From Actinomycetota bacterium (GTDB taxonomy: Bacteria > Actinomycetota > Actinomycetes > S36-B12): a stretch of 64,000 nucleotides of DNA. The translations under genes were made by a program, and so were the position numbers. Positions 1 through 8,362 of the stretch are shown here, piece after piece; position 1 is the first letter of the stretch, and each line of letters opens with the position of its first letter. The notes under the pieces are model-generated. The model made no database searches, was not told where the DNA came from, and was given only the letters and a program-made list of their open reading frames with translations. The stretch spans positions 3,545 through 67,544 of the forward strand of contig JBJTBD010000021.1 of assembly GCA_046091195.1 (NCBI GenBank). Reading direction: 5' to 3'.

Positions 1-458
1 GCCCGGTGGGCAAATGCGCGAGCGTAGGACGGAGATAGCCACACGCGTAACGTGTCTGGACCTTCGTCATCGTCGTCGGCGAGTTCCGGCACATCGTCGC
101 CCTCCGCAGCGATGGCGTGGGCTTCGATCACGACCTGGCGGAGGGAGTCGTCCCACCCGAGGGCCATGGCCCCCACTCGGAATTCCTCTGTCAATGGCAC
201 GTCGAGTGGTTCGTTGTCAAGGAGTGGGGAGGGCACGGTGTCGGGGATCTCGTCCGTGAGATCACGTGTGGCGACGACTTCGTCGAGAAGTTGATCTACG
301 CGCTCGGCGAGGACTGATGCCTGCTGCTTCTCGAAAGCCACGGATACGAGTTCGGAGCCTTGTCGTGCTTGGAGATAGAAGGTGCGTTCACCAGGCATGC
401 CAACGGTCCCCACGACAAATCGATCGGGTAGCCGGAACTGAATTATTCGCCGCGTCAC
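1..458 (-). CDS. DUF3090-family protein (3' end runs off the left edge of the window)
   Basis: Absent from the ORF track because it has no in-window stop. Hand translation of the minus strand from GTG at 458 gives VTRRIIQFRLPDRFVVGTVGMPGERTFYLQARQGSELVSVAFEKQQASVLAERVDQLLDEVV... This matches my memory of the DUF3090 N-terminus (PxRFvaGtvGxPGxRtFfLQA). The GTG overlaps the TGA of the upstream gene (GTGA at 455-458). Confidence 0.7.
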   Translation of the reverse strand, partial: MTRRIIQFRLPDRFVVGTVGMPGERTFYLQARQGSELVSVAFEKQQASVLAERVDQLLDEVVATRDLTDEIPDTVPSPLLDNEPLDVPLTEEFRVGAMALGWDDSLRQVVIEAHAIAAEGDDVPELADDDDEGPDTLRVWLSPSYARAFAHR

Positions 459-1159
459 GATCCCGCGCCTCCACCGACCACCGCATCAGACGACGCATCC
501 TGCTGCCGCTCGGCGAGCCGCTGCATGAGTGAATCGAGGCCATCCGCTGACGCATTCGTTCGGACCACGAATGGACGCATCGGTGTGTAGTGGATGATCG
601 ATACGGATGCGGGATCCACGTGAATCCGTTGGAAGTTGTCGAGGTGCATACCGAGTGCGTCGGCGATCACCGCCTTGATCACGTCTCCGTGGGACACAAC
701 CGCGTATACGGCACTGTCACCGAGGGTTGAGTTCCAATCCCGGATCGCCGACGTCGCGCGGTGCTGCATGGCCTGCATGGCTTCACCATCGTTACCCGGG
801 AACGTCACCGAACTGGGGTGTGCCTGTACAGCCGCCCACAACGGATCAGTGGAGAGGTCGGACAGCAACTTGCCCGTCCAATCGCCATATCGGCACTCCC
901 CCACACGGGGGTCCACATGGAATGCGGGTGCATGCCCCGCATCGCGCTGCGCGGAGATGATCGCCTCGGCGGTCTGCTGGGTGCGGTCGAGGGGAGACGT
1001 GACAACTGCAGTCAGTGGAGCACGCGCGAGAGCCACGCCGACGCGTTGCACCTGCTCCTCGCCATCGCCATCGAGGAACACCCCTGGGCTCCAACCAGCG
1101 AGTATCCCGGAGGAGTTTGCTGCGGTGCGGCCATGCCGCACGAGCACCACTGTCGTCAC
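455..1159 (-). CDS. histidine phosphatase family protein (MSMEG_4193-type putative phosphomutase)
   Basis: 234-aa ORF. It has the N-terminal RHG motif (VVLVRHGRTAANS) and a distal SHGDVIKA histidine motif typical of the phosphoglycerate-mutase/histidine-phosphatase fold. It is translationally coupled to the DUF3090 gene. Confidence 0.8.
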   Translation of the reverse strand: MTTVVLVRHGRTAANSSGILAGWSPGVFLDGDGEEQVQRVGVALARAPLTAVVTSPLDRTQQTAEAIISAQRDAGHAPAFHVDPRVGECRYGDWTGKLLSDLSTDPLWAAVQAHPSSVTFPGNDGEAMQAMQHRATSAIRDWNSTLGDSAVYAVVSHGDVIKAVIADALGMHLDNFQRIHVDPASVSIIHYTPMRPFVVRTNASADGLDSLMQRLAERQQDASSDAVVGGGAGS

Positions 1160-1227
1160 GGCCCAACTGTAGATGCGCCGAACTCGGGGCGCCCGCGAAG
1201 AGTTGCTCCGTTCGCAACAGGCAGAAT

Positions 1228-2262
1228 GTGGCCGTGATCAGCAACATCGGCACCTACTCGCCGACACAGTGCCACTCGGACCCGACCCTGCGACACGTGC
1301 CCTCGGGTGACGACCTCGTGGGCACGACCGTCACATCCCAGATCCAGGGTTCCATGGCGCTTCTTGACGAACCACACGCGTTTGTCTGGGTGGATCTGGT
1401 CAATCCCACGAGACCCGAGTTGCTTGTGGTCGCCGAGACGTTCCATCTAGAAGCCCTGCAGATCGAGGATGCCGCCAATCCGCACCAACGTGCCAAGTTC
1501 GACGTCGATGACGGCGGAGCGGTATTTGCACTCTTCAAGGTCCTCGATTACGAGGAGGAAACCAGTGGAGTCACGACGGGCCAAATTTCAGTGTTCGTCG
1601 GATCCGGGTATGCCGTCACCATTCGTCAAGGGGGCTCGCGCGACATCGCGGGGGTCCGAAGTCGGATCGAGGGAAGCGATGTACTGCGCGGACATGGCTC
1701 GGTTGCGGTGATGTATGCCGTTTTGGATTTCGTCGTCGACGGGTATCTGGCGGTGATGGATGAGGTCGGTAATGACGTTGATGAGATCGAGACTCAGGTG
1801 TTTTCGTCGTTCCCGGTGTCTCAACTGACCCGCCGAATCTACGAACTGAAGCGCGAGAACATGGAAGTTCGCCGGGCAGTGGGACCCTTGGTCCTCGCAG
1901 CACATCGCTTCGCGTCAGAAACGGCGCCCGAAGTTCCGGAAGACCTGCGCCCCTACTTCCGCGATATCGGTGAGCACATTCTTCGCGTCGACGAGAGCGT
2001 GGACACAGTTGACAACTTGCTCCTCACCATGCTGATGGCCTCGACCGCGTTGCAGGACCTCCAACAGAACAAGGACATGCGTAAAATTTCGGCGTACGCA
2101 GCAATGGGCGTAGTTCCTACGGTCATAGCAGGTATCTACGGCATGAACTTTTCGCACATGCCGGAACTTGACTGGGAGTTTGGCTATCCGCTGGCCCTCG
2201 GACTCATGGGCCTTGTCGTACTGCTGCTCTATCGCGCCTTCAAGAAGTCGGGCTGGCTTTAG
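1228..2262 (+). CDS. corA: magnesium/cobalt transporter CorA
   Basis: Has the YGMNF (GMN) signature followed by a terminal TM helix (GIYGMNFSHMPELDWEFGYPLALGLMGLVVLLLY). The track start at 1015 would overlap the divergent phosphomutase gene. GTG 1228 is preferred because it places FVWVDL about 50 aa in, as in CorA. ATG 1354 is an alternative. Confidence 0.85.
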   Translation: MAVISNIGTYSPTQCHSDPTLRHVPSGDDLVGTTVTSQIQGSMALLDEPHAFVWVDLVNPTRPELLVVAETFHLEALQIEDAANPHQRAKFDVDDGGAVFALFKVLDYEEETSGVTTGQISVFVGSGYAVTIRQGGSRDIAGVRSRIEGSDVLRGHGSVAVMYAVLDFVVDGYLAVMDEVGNDVDEIETQVFSSFPVSQLTRRIYELKRENMEVRRAVGPLVLAAHRFASETAPEVPEDLRPYFRDIGEHILRVDESVDTVDNLLLTMLMASTALQDLQQNKDMRKISAYAAMGVVPTVIAGIYGMNFSHMPELDWEFGYPLALGLMGLVVLLLYRAFKKSGWL

Positions 2263-3083
2263 GAACTCAGGATTCCTAGCGAAAGCAGGGTGAGCACACC
2301 AGCGCCGAGCGCGATGCGGTAGATCACGAATGGAAGAAACGAATGCGTGCTGATGTAACGCAGCAGCCACGCGATCACGGCGTAGCCCACAACGAAACTG
2401 ATGGCCGTCGCCGCGAGGGTTGGACCCCACGCGACCGACGAATCCGTGCCGATCTTCGACGCTTCGTAGAAGCCAGCACCGAGGACAGCTGGGATCGCAA
2501 GAAGGAAGGAGTAGCGGGCGGCAGCTTCGCGCGTGTAGCCGAGGGCGAGCCCCGTCGTGATCGTGGCACCTGATCGCGAGACACCCGGGATCAGCGCGAG
2601 GGCCTGTCCGAAACCGAGGATCACCCCATCGCGGGAAGACATACTCGAGAGGGACCGCATCTTGGCCCCGTACCTGTCGGCGAGTCCGAGTACTACACCA
2701 AAGGCGATAAGGACGCTTGCGACGAGCCACAGATTTCGAGCTGCGGTTTCGATTTGTCGAGTAAAGGTAACGCCAAGTATCACGATCGGGAGCGTGCCGA
2801 TGATGATGTACCAGCCGAGTTTCGACTCCGTCGTGAGAACCCGTGTGCGGAGTGAGTGACTCCAGGCTCGCAGGATCCGAGCGAGGTCCCGCCGGAAGTA
2901 GACGATGACGGCTGCTTCGGTTCCGATCTGAATCACAGCAGTGAAAGCCGCTCCAGGATCCTCCCACCCGAAGATCTGGGAGACGATCAAGACGTGCGCC
3001 GAGGAGGAGATGGGCAGAAACTCCGTGAGCCCCTGGATGAGGCCTAGGAGGACAGCCTCGAACCAGCCGATCGGCTCAGCCAC
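2259..3083 (-). CDS. uppP: undecaprenyl-diphosphate phosphatase
   Basis: 274 aa. The N-terminus LGLIQGLTEFLPISSSAH and the multi-TM profile are characteristic of UppP/BacA. Its GTG start is directly adjacent to the TGA of the upstream LLM gene, with no intergenic nucleotide. Confidence 0.9.
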   Translation of the reverse strand: MAEPIGWFEAVLLGLIQGLTEFLPISSSAHVLIVSQIFGWEDPGAAFTAVIQIGTEAAVIVYFRRDLARILRAWSHSLRTRVLTTESKLGWYIIIGTLPIVILGVTFTRQIETAARNLWLVASVLIAFGVVLGLADRYGAKMRSLSSMSSRDGVILGFGQALALIPGVSRSGATITTGLALGYTREAAARYSFLLAIPAVLGAGFYEASKIGTDSSVAWGPTLAATAISFVVGYAVIAWLLRYISTHSFLPFVIYRIALGAGVLTLLSLGILSS

Positions 3084-4133
3084 TCACTCGGCCAATCCGG
3101 AACGTTCGAGTGCATCGGACATGAGTCGAAGGCTCGCAACGCGCTCCTCCAACGTACCCGCGTAGGACGCGATCGTCAGCGTGGTGACCCCGGACTCCTG
3201 GTAGGCGGCGAGGCGATCACGGACGCGATCCGGTGGACCGAGGAGGGATGTCCGATCGAGGAAGTCCAGCGGGACTGCCGCGGCGGCTCCGGCATAGTCC
3301 TTTGCCAGGTACTTGTCTTGGATATCTGCAGCTGCCTGCTCGAAGCCCATGCGGCTCATTAACTGGTTGTAGAAGTTCTTGTCCCGTGACCCCATGCCGC
3401 CCACGTACAGGGCTGCGTAGGGGCGCACCAGATCGGCGCACGCATTCCAGTCGTCACCGAATACGACGGGAACCGTGGGGACCACGTCGAAGCCGGACAT
3501 GTCCTTACCAATCGTGGAGCGGCCGACGCGGATGGAATCCATCGATGCCGTCGAGTCTTCTGGTGAGTAGAAGATGGCGAGCCATCCGTCCGCGATCTCG
3601 CCGCACAACTCGAGATTCTTCGGTCCGATGGCAGCCAGATAGATCGGAATGGACTCGCGCACCGGGTGGACTGTGAGGGTCAAAGCCTTTCCGGGTCCGT
3701 CCGGAAGAGGGAGGGTGAAGAAATCACCCTGGTAGGCGACGCGCTCGCGTCGCAGGGCCATGCGAACGATGTCCACGTACTCCCGGGTGCGTGTCAGGGG
3801 CTTGTCGAACCGGACCCCGTGCCAGCCCTCGGACACCTGCGGTCCGGACACGCCGAGCCCGAGCCGAAATCGCCCACCGGACAGCGTGTCGAGGGTCGCG
3901 GCGGTCATGGCGCAGTTGGCGGGTGTCCGCGCAGGGATCTGGAAGATGGCCGAGCCGACGTCGATGGATGTCGTCTGCGCCGCGATCCACGTGAGAACCG
4001 TCGCCGCATCCGACCCATAGGCTTCCGCAGCCCACGCGACGCTGTAGCCGAGGGTGTCGGCCTGGCGCGCAACCTCGAGGTTGTCCGCGTCGTTTCCAGC
4101 GCCCCAGTAGCCCAGATTCACTCCGAGTTTCAT
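3084..4133 (-). CDS. LLM-class (luciferase-like) F420-dependent oxidoreductase
   Basis: 349 aa. The N-terminus MKLGVNLGYWGAG...LGYSVAWAAEAYGSDAATVLTWIAAQT and the TIM-barrel-like length fit the actinobacterial LLM flavin/F420 oxidoreductase family. Cofactor specificity is not determinable from sequence by eye. Confidence 0.75.
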   Translation of the reverse strand: MKLGVNLGYWGAGNDADNLEVARQADTLGYSVAWAAEAYGSDAATVLTWIAAQTTSIDVGSAIFQIPARTPANCAMTAATLDTLSGGRFRLGLGVSGPQVSEGWHGVRFDKPLTRTREYVDIVRMALRRERVAYQGDFFTLPLPDGPGKALTLTVHPVRESIPIYLAAIGPKNLELCGEIADGWLAIFYSPEDSTASMDSIRVGRSTIGKDMSGFDVVPTVPVVFGDDWNACADLVRPYAALYVGGMGSRDKNFYNQLMSRMGFEQAAADIQDKYLAKDYAGAAAAVPLDFLDRTSLLGPPDRVRDRLAAYQESGVTTLTIASYAGTLEERVASLRLMSDALERSGLAE

Positions 4134-4186
4134 GGCGCAACCCTAGACGTCAACGAATTCGACGTGGGACGCAATAGCGTGGTCCT

Positions 4187-5170
4187 ATGCAGCAGCGGCC
4201 ACTCGGTAGGTCCGGACTCTGGGTGGGGCGTCTTGCCCTGGGCACGATGACCTGGGGTCGCGGCACGGATGAGTACGAGGCCAGGGATCAGTTGGCCGCG
4301 TTCCTCGACGCGGGTGGCACGCTTATCGACACCGCAGACACCTATGGGGACGGCGCGAGCGAAGATCTTCTCGGAACGCTCATCCAGGAATTCGAGTGCC
4401 GTGACCAGATAGTCCTCGCCACGAAGGCTGTGTCACGTCCCCAGACGGAGCGACGTTTTGACGCAAGTCGCCGGCACATCCTCGACACGCTTGATGCCTC
4501 ACTGAAGAGACTGGACGTCGATGCAATCGACCTGTGGCAAATGCACGCCTGGGATGCGTTTACACCTATCGAGGAGACACTCGCCGCCTGCGACGATGCT
4601 GTGCGCAGTGGCAGGGTGCGCTACATCGGGATCTCGAACTACTCCGGCTGGCAGACCGCGAAGGCCTGCACACATCAGCAGGCGGTCCCTGGCCGTGTGC
4701 CAATCATCACCGTCCAGATGGAGTACAGCCTTCTTGAACGTGGAATCGAGCGTGAGATCGTTCCTGCTGCACAGTCCTTGGGCATCGGCATCCTCCCCTG
4801 GTCCCCCCTGGGACGCGGTGTCCTCACGGGCAAGTACCGGCACTCCATCCCGATCGACTCCCGTGGCGCCAATCCGGATACCAGCCAGTGGGTGAACGTC
4901 TACTCGGATCAACGCGGGCAGCGCATCGTGGATGCCGTTGCTACGGCCGCGGAAGGATTGGGGGCCTCCCCCGGTGAGGTGGCCCTCGCCTGGCTCCGGG
5001 ATCGTCCCGGAGTGGTGGCTCCGATCCTGGGCGCGCGCACCACGCAGCAGCTCGCGGCCGCGCTCGCGAGCGACGAACTCGTGCTTCCCAAGGAGATCAT
5101 CACGGCGCTCGATGAGATTTCCGAGCCGGCCATGGGTTACCCGGAAGCGGGATGGGCTCAGCGGAGATGA
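4187..5170 (+). CDS. aldo/keto reductase
   Basis: 327 aa with LGRSGLWVGRLALGTMTWG...IDTADTYGDGASEDLLG...RYIGISNYSGWQ, a typical AKR fold signature. Confidence 0.85.
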   Translation: MQQRPLGRSGLWVGRLALGTMTWGRGTDEYEARDQLAAFLDAGGTLIDTADTYGDGASEDLLGTLIQEFECRDQIVLATKAVSRPQTERRFDASRRHILDTLDASLKRLDVDAIDLWQMHAWDAFTPIEETLAACDDAVRSGRVRYIGISNYSGWQTAKACTHQQAVPGRVPIITVQMEYSLLERGIEREIVPAAQSLGIGILPWSPLGRGVLTGKYRHSIPIDSRGANPDTSQWVNVYSDQRGQRIVDAVATAAEGLGASPGEVALAWLRDRPGVVAPILGARTTQQLAAALASDELVLPKEIITALDEISEPAMGYPEAGWAQRR

Positions 5171-5364
5171 AGCGTGGTCAGGCCGAATGGGAGTACCGAG
5201 AGGTGCGCATCTCCCGGGACGCCACCCGTGAAGAGGCCCGGGTCTACGTGACGGCCTCGGCTGAGCAGGGTCGCTGGGAGTTGACGCGCACCAGGATCTT
5301 CCGGGATGGTCGTCGGGAGTACCGGTTGCGCCGCCGCGTCATTCACGTGAGCCGAACGGCCTGA
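5167..5364 (+). CDS. DUF5703-family small protein
   Basis: ATG at 5167 overlaps the AKR stop (ATGA). The sequence MKRGQAEWEYREVRISRDATREEARVYVTASAEQGRWELTRTRIFRDGRREYRLRRRVIHV matches my memory of DUF5703 (EYxxLRLPRgtsRxxARxxLtehAExGgWELaRlRlypDGsRrvwLRRrIirV). Confidence 0.6.
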   Translation: MKRGQAEWEYREVRISRDATREEARVYVTASAEQGRWELTRTRIFRDGRREYRLRRRVIHVSRTA

Positions 5365-5365
5365 T

Positions 5366-6664
5366 TCAGGCCTTGCGGAGAAATTCGTCGAGCACCCGCA
5401 CTCCGAAGTGGAGCCCCTCGATCGGCACACGTTCGTCGACTCCATGGAACAGTCGCCAATAGTCGAGATCCGGTGGCATGCGCAATGGGGAGAACCCATA
5501 GCACGTGATTCCGAGCCGGGAGAGCGCCTTGGCATCGGTCCCGCCGGAGATCATGAACGGGATCACACGCCCACCGGGATCCGACGATTGGATCGCGCTG
5601 GCCATGAGATCGGTGAGGAGGCTGTCCACGGGAGCTTCGACGGCGATATCCGAATTCAATTCCTCGATCTCGATGTCGTCGCCGACCAACTCACGGATAG
5701 TCGCCTCGAACTCGTCCTCATAACCTGGGAGGAACCGCCCGTCGATGGCTGCTGTTGCCTCGCGTGGGACGACATTCACCTTGTACCCGGCATCCAACAT
5801 TGTCGGATTGGCCGTGTTCTGCATGGTGGCTCCGACAAGGAGTCCCAGAGTCCCGAGCTTGTCGCGGACGTGAAGGAGATCGTCGCCGGCGAAATCCGTG
5901 CCATAGGCCCGAGACAACTCGTGGAGGAACCGCTCGGTGGTGGGGGTCAGACGAGTCGGCCACTCATGACTCCCGATCGTCGCGACCGCGCGGGCGATTT
6001 CCGTGACCGCAGTGTCTTCGTGCAAGAGAGAGCCGTGTCCGGCACGGCGACCGGCGCGCAGGAGCATCCAGCGGATCCCCTTCTCCGCCGTCTGAACCGG
6101 GTAGAGCCGAAGGTCGTCGCTGACAGTGAGACTGAAGCCACCCACCTCGCCGATAGCTTCCGTCGCACCTGCGAAAAGGTCCGGCCTGGTGTCCACCATC
6201 CAGCGGGAACCGTGCACCATGCCGGCTTCCTCGTCGGGAAAAAACGTGACGATGATGTCCCGCCCAGGTCGAAAACCCTCCCGCTGCCAGGCACGCACAA
6301 CGGCCAGGATCATCGCGTCCATGTTCTTCATATCCACGGCACCGCGACCCCAGATAAAGCCCTCATCGACGTCCGCTTCGAAGGGTGGATGAGTCCATTC
6401 CGAGGCAATCGCAGGAACGACGTCGAGATGCCCGTGGACGACGAGTGCTCCCCGGTCGGCATCTGTACCGGGTATACGCACGACAACGCCGCGGCGAGAG
6501 TCGGACGTTGTCACGATCACCTCAGGATCGAGTCCGACCTCGCGCAGGCGCATGGCGCAGTAGTCGGCAGCCTCCGCTTCCCCGACGGTCTCAGGGCCCG
6601 GGCCCCAGTTGCTGGAGTCGATCCGGATGAGATCTCGGGTGAGATCGACGACCTCGGTCTCCAT
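5366..6664 (-). CDS. M20/M25/M40 family metallo-hydrolase (dipeptidase-like)
   Basis: Motifs VVHGHLDVVP, WGRGAVDMKN and FFPDEEAG are typical of the M20 family. The track ORF (to 6883) runs antisense through the tRNA-Leu gene, so I trimmed the start to ATG 6664. GTG 6667 or 6673 behind an AGGA are alternatives. Confidence 0.8.
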   Translation of the reverse strand: METEVVDLTRDLIRIDSSNWGPGPETVGEAEAADYCAMRLREVGLDPEVIVTTSDSRRGVVVRIPGTDADRGALVVHGHLDVVPAIASEWTHPPFEADVDEGFIWGRGAVDMKNMDAMILAVVRAWQREGFRPGRDIIVTFFPDEEAGMVHGSRWMVDTRPDLFAGATEAIGEVGGFSLTVSDDLRLYPVQTAEKGIRWMLLRAGRRAGHGSLLHEDTAVTEIARAVATIGSHEWPTRLTPTTERFLHELSRAYGTDFAGDDLLHVRDKLGTLGLLVGATMQNTANPTMLDAGYKVNVVPREATAAIDGRFLPGYEDEFEATIRELVGDDIEIEELNSDIAVEAPVDSLLTDLMASAIQSSDPGGRVIPFMISGGTDAKALSRLGITCYGFSPLRMPPDLDYWRLFHGVDERVPIEGLHFGVRVLDEFLRKA

Positions 6665-6734
6665 CACGCCCACGCCGTCATCCTGCCGTGACCGGCTCGC
6701 TTGTATGCTTCCCGGGCCACGAGTCGTGGTACCT

Positions 6735-6822
6735 GTCCGGGTGGCGGAATTGGCAGACGCGCTAGCTTGAGGTGCTAGTGCCCCAAAAGGGCATGGGGGT
6801 TCAAGTCCCCCCTCGGACACCA
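6735..6822 (+). tRNA. tRNA-Leu (anticodon GAG), type II with long variable arm, encoded CCA
   Basis: Hand-folded cloverleaf. Acceptor GTCCGGG/CTCGGAC (one G-T pair). Anticodon stem CTAGC/GCTAG with loop TTGAGGT. Variable arm GCCC-CAAAA-GGGC. T arm GGGGG-TTCAAGT-CCCCC. Discriminator A followed by CCA. Confidence 0.9.
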
Positions 6823-6864
6823 CAGGAAATGTCCCCCTCCGTGTGGGATAGGTAGCCTCCCGGG

Positions 6865-7620
6865 GTGTTGGCCAGGCTCGCACCCACGCCGAGTGGTTAC
6901 CTGCATCAGGGCAACGCCGTGAACTTCGCGCTCGTCAGCGACCTTGCTCGGGCTCGGGGCTGTGACATTGCCCTGCGAATCGACGACGTCGATGCCCCAA
7001 GGGCACGCGCGGAGTATCTGGAGGACATCTTCCGTGTGCTGGAGTGGCTCGGCATCGAATGGCAGGTCGGTCCGCTGTCGGCCGAGGACATGGAGACCTG
7101 GAGCCAGACACGACGCATGGACCACTACCTACGCGCACGCGATGAGCTTCTCGCGCACACGGAGTACTTCTACGTCTGCGAATGCTCCCGAAGCACCAGG
7201 CACGCATCCGGATGCGCATGTGACCAGCGCCGACTCTCCTTGGAAGCCGATCGGACGGCTCTTCGGATGCGGTGGAGAGCCGGCCTGGATCCGGTCGTAT
7301 GGCGTCGGGATGGGTTGCCGGCGTTCCACCTGACCTCGATTGTCGATGACGAACTTCTCGGCGTGAGCCTCGTGGTGCGGGGCGAGGACCTGCGGGAAGC
7401 ATCGGATTTCCAACGGGACCTGTCGCGATTCCTCCCCGGCGATTACTTCGCTGGTGTGCACGTGGTGCACCACCCGCTCATGCGTGACCGCGACGGACGC
7501 AAAATGTCCAAGTCCGCAGGGGCCGGCGCTACCCCCATGATGTTGACCGCGGACATGCGAGAGAACATCCGGGATGTGGCGGCCCGCATGCGAGTGGAGC
7601 TTGACAGGGTCATCCGGTGA
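6865..7620 (+). CDS. gluQ: glutamyl-Q tRNA(Asp) synthetase-like protein (truncated GluRS catalytic-domain paralogue)
   Basis: Motifs RLAPTPSGYLHQGN (HIGH-like), RIDDVD, a FYVCECSR Cys cluster, RRDGLPAFHLTSIVDD, VRGEDL and KMSKS. These run parallel to E. coli GluQRS (YadB) as I remember it. At 251 aa it is shorter than typical. Confidence 0.7.
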   Translation: MLARLAPTPSGYLHQGNAVNFALVSDLARARGCDIALRIDDVDAPRARAEYLEDIFRVLEWLGIEWQVGPLSAEDMETWSQTRRMDHYLRARDELLAHTEYFYVCECSRSTRHASGCACDQRRLSLEADRTALRMRWRAGLDPVVWRRDGLPAFHLTSIVDDELLGVSLVVRGEDLREASDFQRDLSRFLPGDYFAGVHVVHHPLMRDRDGRKMSKSAGAGATPMMLTADMRENIRDVAARMRVELDRVIR

Positions 7621-7783
7621 TGGCAGCGGCGTCGAACCCGGACAAGGCTTCCTGCCACTGACGGGACGCAGATTCCCGGCCCCACTCCTCGATGGCCTCC
7701 TGGAACAGAACTCGGAGGGCAGCCGCGTCTCCCGTCGTGGCTGCCTCCTGCACGCGTGCTGCCCACCGGTCTGCATCCACCAC
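7610..7783 (-). CDS. hypothetical small protein (57 codons, below the ORF-track cutoff)
   Basis: Hand translation from GTG 7783: VVDADRWAARVQEAATTGDAAALRVLFQEAIEEWGRESASRQWQEALSGFDAAAITG*. The composition is helical and protein-like, and third-position GC is moderately high. The codon-register antisense ORF (7574..7819 +) has similar GC3 but an implausible Cys/Arg/Pro composition. No family recognised. Confidence 0.3.
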   Translation of the reverse strand: MVDADRWAARVQEAATTGDAAALRVLFQEAIEEWGRESASRQWQEALSGFDAAAITG

Positions 7784-7880
7784 GTATTCGTATCACCACG
7801 TGGGAGGCCATCGATGTGACATTCGGCCCTCCATCACAGTGGAATGTCGGTCTACGGTGGGTGAGAGGGAAGGGACGCGC

Positions 7881-8330
7881 ATGGGAACTGGGTCTTCCGA
7901 GACACCGAGCGACGTGGCGGACGCGACGCGTGGCGCCGAGCAGGGTGACATCGCCGATCAGGCGGACAGGCTGAGCATGGTGATGGAAGCAGAAGCCGTG
8001 CGCAATGCACTCGCCGGGAGCTCGGGTGAGGGCAGCCTCTAGGGATACGACCTGCCACTCGAGGACGGTGAGACCCTTGTCGCCGAGGAAGGCGCAGTAG
8101 ATGCGTCCGATGACCCGATGCATGCGGGTGGGCTCACAGGTGCGCCGGTGGTCGAAGCCGAAGTTGCGGCGATGCATGTCGTCGACGATGTCGACCCCGC
8201 CCGAGACTTCTACCTCGATGACGAGGACGACGAACAGCGTGCCGACCCGGACTTCGACCAGTGCGACGAACCGATCACACACCTCACCCCCGAGGATGAA
8301 ACTCTGCTCGGGATCGATCCGTACGAGTAG
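7881..8330 (+). pseudogene. acidic DUF5709-like protein gene interrupted by an in-frame TAG (8040-8042)
   Basis: A single frame is open from ATG 7881 (SD gagagggaaggga) to TAG 8330, except for one TAG at 8040. The translation is MGTGSSETPSDVAD...GSSGEGSL*GYDLPLEDGETLVAEEGAVDASDD...VEAEVAAMHVVDDVD...LLGIDPYE. It is D/E/A/G-rich and resembles, from memory, DUF5709 (..LDEGYSPPE.., ..GRLVAPDEG.., ..SAEEAAMHV..). The ORF track splits it into 7692..8042 and 8118..8330. Confidence 0.5.
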
Positions 8331-8362
8331 TCACGCATCCCGGCATGTGATTGGCTCCTCAC

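Noticed and set aside
7574-7819. 81-aa plus-strand ORF overlapping the gluQ-like 3' end
   Set aside because: It starts inside the gluQ-like gene in another frame. Its composition is Cys/Arg/Pro-rich and implausible (..RRGCLLHACCPPVCIHH..). It is the register antisense of the more protein-like 57-codon minus-strand ORF.
7443-8282. 279-aa minus-strand ORF beginning MCDRFVAL... with strikingly C-ending codons. It is superficially SRAP-like (an MCxR start) and contains the plausible stretch VIGRIYCAFLGDKGLTVLEWQV.
   Set aside because: It is the exact codon-register antisense of the acidic plus-strand ORF. G-starting Asp/Glu/Gly/Ala/Val codons on the plus strand automatically give C-ending antisense codons. 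Downstream it degenerates into Arg/Pro/His-rich sequence and overlaps the gluQ-like gene. The plus-strand reading has an SD-preceded ATG and family-like motifs.
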